DNA from: Leptonemataceae bacterium
GTDB lineage: Bacteria; Spirochaetota; Leptospiria; Leptospirales; Leptonemataceae
NCBI GenBank assembly: GCA_965227295.1
Contig: OZ245742.1
Coordinates: 4,384,001 to 4,448,000, forward strand
Length of the DNA stretch: 64,000 bases
Reading direction: 5' to 3'
Shown here: piece by piece, positions 37,937-48,505 of the stretch
Position numbering within the stretch: the first letter of the stretch is position 1
How the letters are laid out: each line of letters begins with the position of its first letter
Notes under the pieces: generated by a model
What the model was told of the DNA's origin: nothing
The model's database searches: none
What the model saw: only the letters and a program-made list of their open reading frames with translations
Made by a program: the position numbers and the translations under genes

Positions 37937-39673
37937 TCAGGACCGGCCTTCCGTGCCGAGATCCTCCATCAACTGGTCCATCAATCGAATCCCCCACCCC
38001 GTAGCGCCCTTGCCCTGAGACCCGGATGGTTTGCCACGCCAGGCCGTTCCCGCAATGTCCACGTGCGCCCAGGGAATCTTAGCATCCACGAACTTCGAAA
38101 GAAAACGCATGGCCGTGACGGTCCCCGCCGGACGACCGCCGATGTTGCGCACATCCGCCGTGTCGGATTTCAACGGCGCCGTATAGGTGTCCCAGTGCGG
38201 CAGGCGCCACACCCGATCCAGTGAACGGCGGGACGCGGCTGAGATGCGCGCGTAGAGATCTTCCGACGCCGTCATCACTCCACCGGCCTCGTGGCCCAGG
38301 GCTATAATCGCGGCGCCCGTGAGCGTCGCAAAATCCATGATACACAGCGGATCATACGTCTCGCAGGCGTACGACAACACATCGCCGAGGACCAGACGTC
38401 CTTCGGCATCAGTGTTCTGAACTTCCACGGTGAGTCCATTGTAAGCCGTGTAAACGTCGCCGGGTTTAATAGCCCGGCCGTCCGGCATATTCTCCGCCAC
38501 GCCGATCAGACCAACCACCTCAATGGGCAGCTTGCGCGCGGCGGCCAGGGCCACGGCGTGCACAACCAGGGCGGAACCGCACATATCAAACTTCATCTCG
38601 TGCATCTCACCGGACGGTTTGATCGAGATGCCGCCGGTATCGAAGGTAATGCCTTTGCCCACGAGCACCAGCGGTCGCGCGGAAGCGCTCTTCACGTTCT
38701 TCGGCGGTTTGTACTCGAGGGCGATCATGCGCGGGGGAATCTCAGAGCCCTGGCCGACGGCCAGAATGCCGCCGCAGCCGAGTTTCTCCAGGGCCGGAGC
38801 GTTCCAGACCTGGATCTTCAGACCGTACTGTTTGGCCAGTTGCCGCGCATAAGTTTCGTAGTTCGCCGGATGCAGGTAGTTACCCGGCAGGGATGCAATG
38901 TAGCGCGCACCGTTCAGCAGTTCGGCAACGGCCCGACCGCGCTCGACGGCCGCGCTGAGCTTCTTGTTGTTGCCGGCGTGAAAGGCGACGTCGGTGATCT
39001 TGTTCTTCGTTGCGTCGTCCTTCTTCTGATCCTTCTTCGATTTGAGAACGTGCATGGACTCCGCGCCGATCTCCAGACACACGGCCATCTGTTGGACCAG
39101 GTCCTCTACGGTGTACGGGCCGGAGTAATCCGGAATGCCGTCGTCAGCCTCATCGTCCGCGGACTTGTTGCCCGCCTTCGACACGGCCTTCTTCTTCGAG
39201 GAAGAGGCGCCCTGTGCCGCCGTCTTTGCTCGCGGTTTCTTCTTAAAATCCAGGGCCAGGGCCGGCCCGTCATCCCGCGCGGCGTAATCGTCGATGGCCG
39301 CAGAGAGATCGTCCGGGATGACAACCTCCACAATAATGTTCTGAAAGCGCGCCAGGCGTTCGCCCAACGCCCGGAAAAGCGCCGCGCAGTTCTCCGGATG
39401 AAAACGCCCGCGCTTGCCCAGCCCGCCGAAGAGCACATTGTGTTCGGCGATGTGCAGCAGTTGATGGTCGCCGCCCTTGAATCCGCCGATCCCCCGATGG
39501 GTTTCCAGGATTTTCTTCACCGCCCCGGCGTCGCCATCGGGGAGCAGCGCGGCCATAGCATCCACGTCCTGTTCCCGAAAGACCGGAATCACGCGAATGA
39601 GGTGTTTCTTTTTATCTGCTGCGGCCTGACCGGCCTTAAACTTAAACTTTGCTGCGGGGGATACTAATTCCAT
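37937..39673 (-). CDS. pepA: Leucyl aminopeptidase (M17)
   Basis: VGKGITFDTGG, MKFDMCG, NTDAEGRLVL, ATLTGA. Confidence 0.95.
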   Translation of the reverse strand: MELVSPAAKFKFKAGQAAADKKKHLIRVIPVFREQDVDAMAALLPDGDAGAVKKILETHRGIGGFKGGDHQLLHIAEHNVLFGGLGKRGRFHPENCAALFRALGERLARFQNIIVEVVIPDDLSAAIDDYAARDDGPALALDFKKKPRAKTAAQGASSSKKKAVSKAGNKSADDEADDGIPDYSGPYTVEDLVQQMAVCLEIGAESMHVLKSKKDQKKDDATKNKITDVAFHAGNNKKLSAAVERGRAVAELLNGARYIASLPGNYLHPANYETYARQLAKQYGLKIQVWNAPALEKLGCGGILAVGQGSEIPPRMIALEYKPPKNVKSASARPLVLVGKGITFDTGGISIKPSGEMHEMKFDMCGSALVVHAVALAAARKLPIEVVGLIGVAENMPDGRAIKPGDVYTAYNGLTVEVQNTDAEGRLVLGDVLSYACETYDPLCIMDFATLTGAAIIALGHEAGGVMTASEDLYARISAASRRSLDRVWRLPHWDTYTAPLKSDTADVRNIGGRPAGTVTAMRFLSKFVDAKIPWAHVDIAGTAWRGKPSGSQGKGATGWGIRLMDQLMEDLGTEGRS

Positions 39674-39678
39674 AGTTT

Positions 39679-40149
39679 CTATTTCTTCAGAGCCTTGATG
39701 TCGGCGACGATCTCATCCACGTGGCCGTCGACCTTTACTTTTTCGTAAACGATTCGGACTTTCAACTTCTCGTCCAGGACAAACGTAGAACGGACGACGC
39801 CCATAAAGGTCTTGCCGTACATTTTCTTTTCACCGTAGACGCCGAAGAACTCGACGACCTCGTGGGACTCGTCCGCGATGAGCGGGAAGTTGAGGCCCTG
39901 CTTCTCCGCGAACTTCTGATGGGACTTCACCGAATCCACAGAGACGCCGACGACGCCGTAACCCATGCGCTTGAGCTTCGTATGATTGTCGCGAAAACTG
40001 CACGCCTCTTTCGTACATCCCGGCGTGCTGTCTTTCGGATAAAAATAGACGATCAATCCCTGCTTGCCGGCGAACTCGCTCAACTTTTTCGCGCTGCCGT
40101 CCGTGACGGTGACTTTGAAATCTTTGACCTTCTTGCCTGCTTCAATCAT
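39679..40149 (-). CDS. bcp: Peroxiredoxin Bcp
   Basis: [20 protein letters not shown]. Confidence 0.95.
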   Translation of the reverse strand: MIEAGKKVKDFKVTVTDGSAKKLSEFAGKQGLIVYFYPKDSTPGCTKEACSFRDNHTKLKRMGYGVVGVSVDSVKSHQKFAEKQGLNFPLIADESHEVVEFFGVYGEKKMYGKTFMGVVRSTFVLDEKLKVRIVYEKVKVDGHVDEIVADIKALKK

Positions 40150-40339
40150 ATATTCTAATAATAATGGCCGCCGCCGGCGGGACAAATCTTTTCGATCCTC
40201 CCGGCATATTTCCGGCCGTTTTCCCGTGCCGCGCGGGAAAAATCCAGGCGACAGCGCAGGGACGCCTCGCTTCGTTACCAGAGAGGGCTCCGCGCGTCTC
40301 AACGAGACCGAACGCGGTAAATCTGAGAAGGAACAATCC

Positions 40340-41323
40340 ATGAGCGACGAACTAACGAGCAAAATCCATAACGTGGTGATCATCGGCAGTGGACCGGCCG
40401 GGCACACGGCGGCCATCTATGCGGCCCGGGCGAATCTCGCTCCGATCATGTTCGAAGGTTTCATGGCGGGCGGCGTGGCCGCGGGCGGCCAACTGACCAC
40501 AACCACCGATGTGGAAAACTATCCCGGCTTTCCCGAGGGCATCAGCGGCCCGGAAATGATGGATCTGTTTCGCAAACAATCGCAGCGCTTCGGCACGCAG
40601 ATCTTTACCGAGACAATTTCGAAAGTCGATCTTTCCGGGCGACCGTTTCGACTGTGGCGCGAAGGCCTGGAAGACCAGGAACCGGTACGTGCGCATTCTG
40701 TGATTATCGCCACCGGGGCGACGGCAAAGCGATTGAACCTGCCCGGCGAAGACGCTTACTGGCAAAAGGGCATCTCGGCCTGCGCGGTCTGTGACGGTGC
40801 CCTGCCCCTGTTTCGTGACGCTCCGCTCGCCGTCATCGGCGGCGGCGATTCCGCGGCGGAGGAATCCACGTACCTCACGAAGTACGGTTCGAAGGTCTAT
40901 CTCATCCACCGCCGCGACGAACTGCGTGCATCCCAGATCATGCGGGACCGGGTGTTGCAGAATCCGAAGATCGAAGTACTGTGGGATACGCAAACCCTGG
41001 AGGCCGGCGGCGACGACAGGCAGCTCAAGCAGATCAAAATCAAAAACGTAAAGAACGGCGAGACCCGGGAACTCCCGGTGAACGGGTTGTTCTATGCCAT
41101 CGGCCATAAGCCGAACACGGATCCCTTCGTCGGTCAGTTGAATCTCGACGAGGACGGCTACATCATCGTCAAACCGGGGACGACGCAAACGAACATAGAA
41201 GGCGTCTTTGCCGCCGGTGATGTTCAGGACAAGAAATACCGCCAGGCAATCACCGCGGCCGGTAGCGGATGCATGGCCGCCCTCGACGCGGAACACTGGC
41301 TGGTGGCGCAGAACCTCAATTAA
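40340..41323 (+). CDS. trxB: Thioredoxin reductase
   Basis: [42 protein letters not shown]. Confidence 0.97.
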   Translation: MSDELTSKIHNVVIIGSGPAGHTAAIYAARANLAPIMFEGFMAGGVAAGGQLTTTTDVENYPGFPEGISGPEMMDLFRKQSQRFGTQIFTETISKVDLSGRPFRLWREGLEDQEPVRAHSVIIATGATAKRLNLPGEDAYWQKGISACAVCDGALPLFRDAPLAVIGGGDSAAEESTYLTKYGSKVYLIHRRDELRASQIMRDRVLQNPKIEVLWDTQTLEAGGDDRQLKQIKIKNVKNGETRELPVNGLFYAIGHKPNTDPFVGQLNLDEDGYIIVKPGTTQTNIEGVFAAGDVQDKKYRQAITAAGSGCMAALDAEHWLVAQNLN

Positions 41324-41556
41324 ACTCGCGCATACCGAACGAGGCCGCGGCACCGGATTCGCCTAAACAAAGTCCGGGTTGTTTGCGGCCTCGCCCACGT
41401 TTTATCCACCACAAAACGTTCTCCGCTTTTACGGTACGCTTGCCGTACCGTAACGATCCCGGTGTACTTACCGCTCGCCGCGCTCATGTGACATAATGCT
41501 CGTGAGTTCCCGGCGCATAAAAAGAGACATAATCACTCACTGAATTCGTACATCGC

Positions 41557-42960
41557 ATGAACTCAAATTCGACATCCGCGGCCCTCGCGGTACAGGACGA
41601 TGCGCCCCGACAGAACTGGTCGCACATCAAGCAACAACTCAGCGCACGCATGCCCGAGGCGCTCTTCCGCACGTTCATTGAACCCCTGCGCCCGACCGAC
41701 GAAGACGACTCACGGCTCGTGCTGATCGCTCCGTCCGCCGGCTTGAAGCGTCACGTCGAGGTCCGTTACCTGCATCTCATCGAAGAGTGCCTGCGTGATA
41801 CTCCGCTCGCCGATCGCATTGACATTCGCACGCCGGAAGAAGGGGATCAGCCGATCACCGCCCGTGCTCAGGCATCGCTGCGCTCCGGTCCCTTTCACGA
41901 AAGTGAAACGGAAACGAACGCCGTGCGCCCCACACTGCCGGATGCGAAACCGCCCAGCTTTCATTTGCCGGGCCACTATCCGGCCGGCTGCAATCGCCGG
42001 GAACTGGATCTGCTCTGGCGCGGCGAACCACGCTCCGGCGTGTTCACGATCTACGGCCTGCCCGGTTCGGGAAAGACCTCCGTGGTCCGGGCCCTGGTCG
42101 AGGATCGACTGAGCCGTGGTATGAAAGCACGCTACATGACCGCCGAGGATTTCCTGACCGAATTCAGCCTCAGTTGCCGCAAGCAAGACAGCCTCACCTG
42201 GCGCGGTGAGATTCGCTCCCACGAACTCTTAATCATCGACGATTTTCAGTTTATCAAACCCCAGGCAATTCGTTCGCAGGAAGAACTCCAGTACATCGCC
42301 GATGAGTTCCTGGAACAGGGACGACTCCTGGTCCTCTGCCTGGACCGCCGCCCCGATCACGGCGGGGAAGGCAGCGGTCTCAGTCCCGGTCTGGAATCTC
42401 GCATCCGCTCCGGACATCGCCTGGAGCTGGCCTATCCGGAGCAGGCTCAACGCGAGCAGATCCTCCGCGACGCCGCGGGCGAGACCGGTCTCACGGACGA
42501 GCAACTCGCCTATCTCGCGGGCCGCATCCAGCGGGATATGCGCCGCCTGAAAGCCGCGGCACGGCGTCTCCGGCACGGCGTCTCCATGAAAGGCGGCGGC
42601 CCGGGCCTGGCCTGGGATAACGCGGAACTGGACCAACTGTGCCAGGATCTCTACACCAAACGCCCGCGAGTGGACCCGGATCGCCTCCTCCAGGCCGTGG
42701 CCGATTTCTTCCAGCTACAGACCGACGCCATCCGCGGTCCGTCCCGGGATAAAAAACATGCCCTCGCCCGGCACCTCACGGCCTATCTTTGCATTGAATA
42801 TCTTCAAATGAATCTGAAAGACACGGCCACGCTGATCGGTCGGCGGGAGCACGGGACGGTCAGCCATGCTTGCAAAAAGATTACCGGGCTACTGGAACGG
42901 GACCTCTTCTTCCACGGCCAGGTACGCGAGTTGATCGGACGGCTCTTCGCCGATTCCTGA
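41557..42960 (+). CDS. DnaA paralogue (domain I, AAA+, domain IV)
   Basis: WSHIKQQL..FRTFIEPL; GLPGSGKT; LLIIDDFQF; QEEL; LESR; ARHLTAYL...GRREHGTVSHACKKI. No dnaN follows. Confidence 0.85.
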   Translation: MNSNSTSAALAVQDDAPRQNWSHIKQQLSARMPEALFRTFIEPLRPTDEDDSRLVLIAPSAGLKRHVEVRYLHLIEECLRDTPLADRIDIRTPEEGDQPITARAQASLRSGPFHESETETNAVRPTLPDAKPPSFHLPGHYPAGCNRRELDLLWRGEPRSGVFTIYGLPGSGKTSVVRALVEDRLSRGMKARYMTAEDFLTEFSLSCRKQDSLTWRGEIRSHELLIIDDFQFIKPQAIRSQEELQYIADEFLEQGRLLVLCLDRRPDHGGEGSGLSPGLESRIRSGHRLELAYPEQAQREQILRDAAGETGLTDEQLAYLAGRIQRDMRRLKAAARRLRHGVSMKGGGPGLAWDNAELDQLCQDLYTKRPRVDPDRLLQAVADFFQLQTDAIRGPSRDKKHALARHLTAYLCIEYLQMNLKDTATLIGRREHGTVSHACKKITGLLERDLFFHGQVRELIGRLFADS

Positions 42961-43083
42961 AGCGCGACAAACGGCAAAAAACGTCCCGCCGGAGGGAAAT
43001 TCCGTCGAATTTCGGCCCGGATGGGCCATAATTTTTTGCCGGGATATTTACCCGGAGGGCCGAAATTCCGTCATACTATATGT

Positions 43084-43923
43084 ATGGAACATAATCGCCC
43101 TGCCCTCTTTTACTTTCAGACCCGCGCCCTTTCCGCGCTCTTCGGTGGCCTGCTTTTTTTTCACGCCGGCGCTTCCACGATCGCCAGCCAGCCCACGCCG
43201 CCGCGCCAGGTTCCGGCCGACGCACAGTTCGTATCCAACGGCAAGGTCTGGGTCCTCGAGAAAGACAATCGGCAGATCGTTTGGTACCAGGACGGTACGA
43301 AGAAGGCCGAGGGGGAGTACCGCCAGGGGCAGCGTGAGGGCGAGTGGGTTTTCTGGTTTCCCAACGGCAACAAGAAGGGCGAAGGCAAATTCGAAGCCAA
43401 TCTCAAAGAAGGCCCCTGGAAGCTCTATCGCAAGGGCGGCACGGTCTATGCCCAGGGCGAGTACAAACGCAACCGCCGCGAAGGTGTCTGGGAGTTCCTC
43501 TACGGCAACGGCAAGCTGGAGGCGAAGGGGCCGTACAAGGACGGGCAGAAACACGGCGAATGGGTGAACTACTACCAGGACGGTCAGGTCTTCTGGAAAG
43601 GCGCCTACAAGAACGACGACGCCGACGGCCGCTGGACCTACTACTTCGCCAACGGCAAACCGTACCAGCAGGGTAACTTCAAGAACGATCTACGCGTGGG
43701 CGAGTGGACCGTATGCATCCAGCCCGGCGGCCCCTGCGCGAAACAGAACTATCGCAGCGGCGAGACGCCCCGGACCATGCGCATTGATCCCGGTAGCGTC
43801 AGCGGGGATTCGAAGCGCCGTCCCACAGATACGAACGATCCCGGAGCCGTCCTCGATTCCCTGGACAGCGGCCCGGTGCCCGACGAGGTCCCGCCTTCCG
43901 TACGCAAGGGCTGGCAGGAATAA
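43084..43923 (+). CDS. Exported MORN-variant (YwqK-like) repeat protein
   Basis: Repeated G.W..YY.NG....G.Y units after a signal peptide. Confidence 0.85.
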   Translation: MEHNRPALFYFQTRALSALFGGLLFFHAGASTIASQPTPPRQVPADAQFVSNGKVWVLEKDNRQIVWYQDGTKKAEGEYRQGQREGEWVFWFPNGNKKGEGKFEANLKEGPWKLYRKGGTVYAQGEYKRNRREGVWEFLYGNGKLEAKGPYKDGQKHGEWVNYYQDGQVFWKGAYKNDDADGRWTYYFANGKPYQQGNFKNDLRVGEWTVCIQPGGPCAKQNYRSGETPRTMRIDPGSVSGDSKRRPTDTNDPGAVLDSLDSGPVPDEVPPSVRKGWQE

Positions 43924-43926
43924 GCC

Positions 43927-44184
43927 TTACTTCAGGTACTTTATTTCCCACGGGCGGCAGGCATAGGTTCGCACGGGCCGGCCGTCGTCCTCGAACTTCA
44001 GGATCTGCACAAACTGTTCGCCTTTCTTCAAGCACGCCCCGCATAGAAACGGCCGGGGCGTGAGTTCACAAAAACGGGCGTCGTAGATTTCGTAGGGGCG
44101 AACCACGGGCGCGGCGAAGACCAACACCGGCAGGCCGAGCAAGGCAAGCCCCGCGCACAACGGAAAGCTGATTCGCCGGAGCAA
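43927..44184 (-). CDS. Small hypothetical exported protein
   Basis: Signal-like stretch followed by a Cys-containing domain; start uncertain. Confidence 0.45.
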   Translation of the reverse strand: MLRRISFPLCAGLALLGLPVLVFAAPVVRPYEIYDARFCELTPRPFLCGACLKKGEQFVQILKFEDDGRPVRTYACRPWEIKYLK

Positions 44185-44238
44185 AACGCGCTGTTTTTGT
44201 TTGCAGTCATGCCCGCTCCGCCGTACAGGTTTTACGGC

Positions 44239-45186
44239 ATGGATTTCCCCGACTTTCCTCATGTGAACATTCTCGACGCGGATCAGTTTTCTCGTAAGGA
44301 CTTAGAGACCATCCTGGACTATTCGGCCCGCCTGGAACGGCTCCAGAGTTCCGGCGGGGCCTTCGGCCTCCTGGAAGGCCGGGTGCTGGCCTCACTGTTC
44401 TTCGAGTCCTCCACACGCACGCGACTCAGCTTCGAGACGGCCATGAACCGCCTCGGCGGCCGGGTCATCTCTACGGTGGGTTTTCAGTTTTCTTCGATCA
44501 GCAAAGGCGAGACACTCTACGACACCATGAAAATGATCGAAGCCTACTCGGACATTGCAGTCATCCGCCATCCGGTGGAAGGCTCCAGCCGCATCGCCTC
44601 GGCCGCGGTGGATATTCCGGTCATTAACGCCGGTGACGGCAGCGGTCAGCATCCGACCCAGGCCCTTCTCGATCTTTATACGATTTTCAAAGAGCGCGGC
44701 GGTGTAGACGGCCTGCGCGTGGCGTTCATCGGGGATTTGAAGTTCGGCCGCACGATTCACAGCCTCATCAAACTCCTGTACAACTATGACGTGGAACTGG
44801 TACTCATCTCCCCCGTGGACCTGGCCATTCCCGAGGCCTACCGGCGAGAGATGCGCAAGAACGATGTGGACTTCGACGAGACCGAGGATCTCAAAGCGAT
44901 CTGGGACTGCGACGTAGCGTACGTCACGCGCATTCAGGAAGAACGGTTCGTCGATCGCTCGGAGTATGAACGCCTGAAAAATAGCTACGTGGTAAATCGG
45001 GCCTTCGTGCAGGCCTCCCGGAAAGATACATTGATTATGCATCCCCTGCCCCGGGTCAACGAACTGAGCACCGACGTGGACGATCTGCCCAATGCCGCCT
45101 ACTTTCGCATGGCCGGCAACGGTGTCATCGTGCGCATGGCATTGCTCATGCTCTGCATGCAGGTGCCGCTGCCGCCGGCGGCATGA
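44239..45186 (+). CDS. pyrB: Aspartate carbamoyltransferase catalytic subunit
   Basis: [39 protein letters not shown]. Confidence 0.97.
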   Translation: MDFPDFPHVNILDADQFSRKDLETILDYSARLERLQSSGGAFGLLEGRVLASLFFESSTRTRLSFETAMNRLGGRVISTVGFQFSSISKGETLYDTMKMIEAYSDIAVIRHPVEGSSRIASAAVDIPVINAGDGSGQHPTQALLDLYTIFKERGGVDGLRVAFIGDLKFGRTIHSLIKLLYNYDVELVLISPVDLAIPEAYRREMRKNDVDFDETEDLKAIWDCDVAYVTRIQEERFVDRSEYERLKNSYVVNRAFVQASRKDTLIMHPLPRVNELSTDVDDLPNAAYFRMAGNGVIVRMALLMLCMQVPLPPAA

Positions 45187-45199
45187 GGGAACAGCAAAT

Positions 45200-46090
45200 T
45201 CACGGGGCGGCGTCTTCGCCCAGCACTCGAATCAAGTCTTCCCGCGGCACCGGTTCACCACGTTGTAGACGCCGCAGCACCTCTTCGCGGCTTAGTCGAC
45301 GTTCATAAACAGTTGACGGCTGCCAGTTATTCGGAACCACCGCGTCCCCGGGTTTCACCGTTCCGCTGAGAACGCTTACCTGGGTGAATCCATCCACAAG
45401 TGCGTTGACCTTCAATCGGGCCCGATCACCGGCACCGCTAAAACCTTCACGCACGGCGTCGGCGACGCTCATGCTCGGGCTGAACGTGGCGAAAACGGCT
45501 TCGCGGCCGTCCGGACTGACATAGAGTACCACGCCCACATCCGTCTCGGCAACGTGCACCGTTTCACCGTTGACTTCGGCCGGCGGCAGCAGGCGGTGCA
45601 AACGATAGTCATCTCCGGCGAGGATGCGCCCGCCGTCCTCAAAACGCAGGAGATCCAGGGTGCTGGTCTCTTCCGCGGAACGGTCCACCTTCTCGGGCTG
45701 GAAATCCTTCACCGGCCAGAATTCCTCGCTTTCCGTATCGCTGTTGTCTCGCCAGCCGTTCGTGAAACGTTCCTGAATGAGCAGAGCCTCGGTCTTTGAG
45801 GTATCTACGTACCCGGTTCGGCGGACAAAGAACATCCGCTTACCGTTTACCAGAAGGTTCCGCCGGTGAAACTGAAAGAGAACGAAACGGTAAGGATAGT
45901 CAGCGTTACCGGGCGAGCTGATATACACCATCCGCCCGCGATCCACGTCTGCCCTGAAGCCCTCGCCGATCCAGAGGCCTTCGATGGGATACTCCGGCAA
46001 TGCCGCCGGGCCGCTCAGTTTCAGAGAACAGGATGAGACCAGGAGGGACAGCGTTCCGACGCTCAGTGCTCCGAGAATTTTTCGCCACAT
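45200..46090 (-). CDS. Putative lipoprotein
   Basis: MWRKILGALSVGTLSLLVSSC lipobox. Confidence 0.7.
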   Translation of the reverse strand: MWRKILGALSVGTLSLLVSSCSLKLSGPAALPEYPIEGLWIGEGFRADVDRGRMVYISSPGNADYPYRFVLFQFHRRNLLVNGKRMFFVRRTGYVDTSKTEALLIQERFTNGWRDNSDTESEEFWPVKDFQPEKVDRSAEETSTLDLLRFEDGGRILAGDDYRLHRLLPPAEVNGETVHVAETDVGVVLYVSPDGREAVFATFSPSMSVADAVREGFSGAGDRARLKVNALVDGFTQVSVLSGTVKPGDAVVPNNWQPSTVYERRLSREEVLRRLQRGEPVPREDLIRVLGEDAAP

Positions 46091-46153
46091 GATTTCCACT
46101 GGTCCGCTCTGGTCAGGAGTTTCGAGCAAGAAACGGCGGAGGGGGAAAAATAA

Positions 46154-46978
46154 TTGACCAACATGCTAATCATGCGATTAGTATGCGCAGTGAAGAAAGA
46201 CTGGAACGGGAAAGAGCCACGCTACAAAATTCTGAACTGCCCGGAAGACGCGGAACTGGAGGAAATCCTGGCCGTCCTGCTGTCCACCGGCTCCGGCCGT
46301 CAGGGTGTCATGGAAGTCGCCCGGGGACTGGCCCGCCTGGCACGGCAAAACGGGGGCTTCATGAACCTGGGCCCCCTGGCTTTGACGTCGGTTCGCGGAG
46401 TGGGCCGGGCCCAGGCGGCAAGAATCCTGGCGGCCATTGAGCTGGCCCGGCGCGAAAATGCGGGGACCATCGTCCCCGGTACCAGGATCAGCCCCCGCCA
46501 GGTCGCCCGCTGGCTTCATTACCAATTAGAAGGCCGGGAGTACGAATTCTTTTTCTTGTTCAGCTTCAATCGTCACTACGGGCTCATCCAGTACCATCGC
46601 CTGGCCCGGGGATCGGCCGATGCAGTCCAGGTCTACTATCGGGACATGCTGCGCACACTACTCAACGATCGAGCCTCGGGGGCCATCATTGCGCACAATC
46701 ACCCGGAGGGCAGTGCACGTCCAGGGCACACCGATCTGGAGAGTATGGACCGCCTGAGCACACTCTTACAGGACGTGGGCATTCGTCTCCTCGATCAATA
46801 CGTGGTCGGGGAAGACGGAGTCTACTCCTGCCGCCTGGACTGCTACGTGCCTCTGGACGAACCGCTCAGCCGCGGAGAAACCGATCTGTTCCAGGCCTGG
46901 GCCACTTTCGCCCCGCAACCGGCCGGTGCGGACACGAAAATTCAATATGCAAATCCCGCGTCCGCGGCAATTCTGTAA
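46154..46978 (+). CDS. radC: RadC family JAB-domain protein
   Basis: EILAVLLSTG, HhH motif GVGRAQA..ILAAIELARR, AHNHPEG..PG..D, LLDQ. Confidence 0.88.
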   Translation: MTNMLIMRLVCAVKKDWNGKEPRYKILNCPEDAELEEILAVLLSTGSGRQGVMEVARGLARLARQNGGFMNLGPLALTSVRGVGRAQAARILAAIELARRENAGTIVPGTRISPRQVARWLHYQLEGREYEFFFLFSFNRHYGLIQYHRLARGSADAVQVYYRDMLRTLLNDRASGAIIAHNHPEGSARPGHTDLESMDRLSTLLQDVGIRLLDQYVVGEDGVYSCRLDCYVPLDEPLSRGETDLFQAWATFAPQPAGADTKIQYANPASAAIL

Positions 46979-47004
46979 CATCCTTTCATTCGCGGGCAGG
47001 AACT

Positions 47005-47922
47005 GTGGCGTACGAGTACCGAACCGGAACCTTTCAAGCACACGACGGACTGGCACTCTTCTTTCAGTGCTGGATCGCCAATCCGGACCAACCGGAGCGC
47101 AGCCTCGTCATACACCACGGACTGGGAGAACACAGTGGTCGCTACCAGCCCGTGGTGGACGCCTTCGACGGCGAAAGCGTGAACATCTTCACCTTCGACG
47201 CGCGGGGCCACGGACGCAGCCCCGGCAAACGCGGCGACATCCGGCGTTTCCTCGACCTGGTCAACGACCTCGAGTGCTTTTTCGAGTTTCTCAAAGATGA
47301 ATTCGGCGTCGTGCGGCCGATTCTCCTCGGGCATTCCATGGGCGGCCTGGTGGCTCTGGGATTTACTGTCCATCACTCGAATCAGTGGCACATCCGGGCC
47401 GTCGTTACCAGCGGAGCAGCTCTGCGCCCGCATCTGGACTTTTCACAGAAAATCAAAACCGAGGTGGGCAAGATTCTGCACGCCTTTTCGCCCGGTCTCA
47501 CCCTGCCCACGGGTCTGCCACCGACGTATCTCAGCCACGACCCCTCGGTCGCCGAGGACTACGACCGCGATCCTCTCACCCACAGCGTCATCAGCATCCG
47601 CATGGCCCTGTCCTTGATGCATGCCGGTGAAGATGTCCTGGCTCGCGCGACAAAACTCAAGATCCCGGTATTTATCACCCATGGCGACGCCGACCCCATC
47701 GTCGACGTCAACGGCTCTTTGGAATTCTATCAGCGCTGTGTCTCAAAGGATCGCGATCTACAGCTCTACCCGGGCCTCTTCCACGAAATCTACAACGAAA
47801 CCCCGGCGGAACGGGAACGGGTCCTGTCGGATCTGCGCCGCTGGGTCGTGGAACACCTCCCCGAAGCGCAGAAAATGCCGGACGAGGCCGCTGTTCTCAC
47901 TGAAACCATGAAAAAATCTTGA
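47005..47922 (+). CDS. Alpha/beta hydrolase (monoacylglycerol lipase/lysophospholipase-like)
   Basis: HGLGEHSGRY, DARGHGRS, GHSMGG, HGDAD, HEI. Confidence 0.9.
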   Translation: MAYEYRTGTFQAHDGLALFFQCWIANPDQPERSLVIHHGLGEHSGRYQPVVDAFDGESVNIFTFDARGHGRSPGKRGDIRRFLDLVNDLECFFEFLKDEFGVVRPILLGHSMGGLVALGFTVHHSNQWHIRAVVTSGAALRPHLDFSQKIKTEVGKILHAFSPGLTLPTGLPPTYLSHDPSVAEDYDRDPLTHSVISIRMALSLMHAGEDVLARATKLKIPVFITHGDADPIVDVNGSLEFYQRCVSKDRDLQLYPGLFHEIYNETPAERERVLSDLRRWVVEHLPEAQKMPDEAAVLTETMKKS

Positions 47923-48027
47923 ATTCGTGGACTTTTTGTGAAAAATCTGAATTCCTTGTTGACGGATTAAGCGGCGCACAAAATCTTAGTGCATCGCACA
48001 AAAAACACCACGCGGAGATGTAACAAC

Positions 48028-48414
48028 ATGGAGAAAGTCCTTCACGATATTCTGAACGCCGGAATCGCACTGTTTCGTGCCGGCGAAGATTCTATGAACA
48101 ACGCTGTAAAAGAAGTACAGCGCACGTTCGACGAACTGAAAGAAAAAGGCGCCGCCGATTCCAGCGAAGCCGCAGTGCAACTGCGCAAAGCTCTGGACGA
48201 CATCGTCCAGCAGGCGAACGAACTCGGCTCGAAAGCCGACACCGCCTACGCGGACAGCCTCAAGCAACTGCAGGGCCTCTACGATCAGGCCATCGATCAG
48301 ATCAAAACGATTGTTCCGGAGGATCGCCTGACCGAACTCAAGGACAAAATCGAAGAACTGCGCAAAGTCATCGACGAGCGCATCAACGAAATTCGTGGCG
48401 GCGCAGCCGGCTGA
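48028..48414 (+). CDS. Phasin-like amphipathic helical protein
   Basis: ILNAGIALF...FDELKEKG pattern; all-helical; has its own terminator. Confidence 0.65.
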   Translation: MEKVLHDILNAGIALFRAGEDSMNNAVKEVQRTFDELKEKGAADSSEAAVQLRKALDDIVQQANELGSKADTAYADSLKQLQGLYDQAIDQIKTIVPEDRLTELKDKIEELRKVIDERINEIRGGAAG

Positions 48415-48437
48415 TTCGCAGCTTCTGTGAGTCGAAC

Positions 48438-48466
48438 AAACCCGGGCAGCCTTGCCCGGGTTTTTT
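48438..48466 (+). terminator. Intrinsic terminator
   Basis: AAACCCGGGCA-loop-TGCCCGGG followed by a T run. Confidence 0.88.
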
Positions 48467-48505
48467 ATTGCGCGCACCGTCGCAGGCGTCGCTTTATTAC
48501 TGCCT

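Noticed and set aside
41324..43083. oriC around the dnaA-like gene
   Set aside because: Only one imperfect DnaA box was seen, with no box cluster, no clear AT-rich unwinding element and no dnaN.
43084..43923. Toxin-antitoxin system suggested by YwqK-like repeats
   Set aside because: Exported MORN-variant repeat protein with no adjacent toxin or secretion gene.
46154..46978. radC as a marker of an integrated element
   Set aside because: Long HhH+JAB chromosomal form among housekeeping genes; no integrase, att sites or compositional shift.
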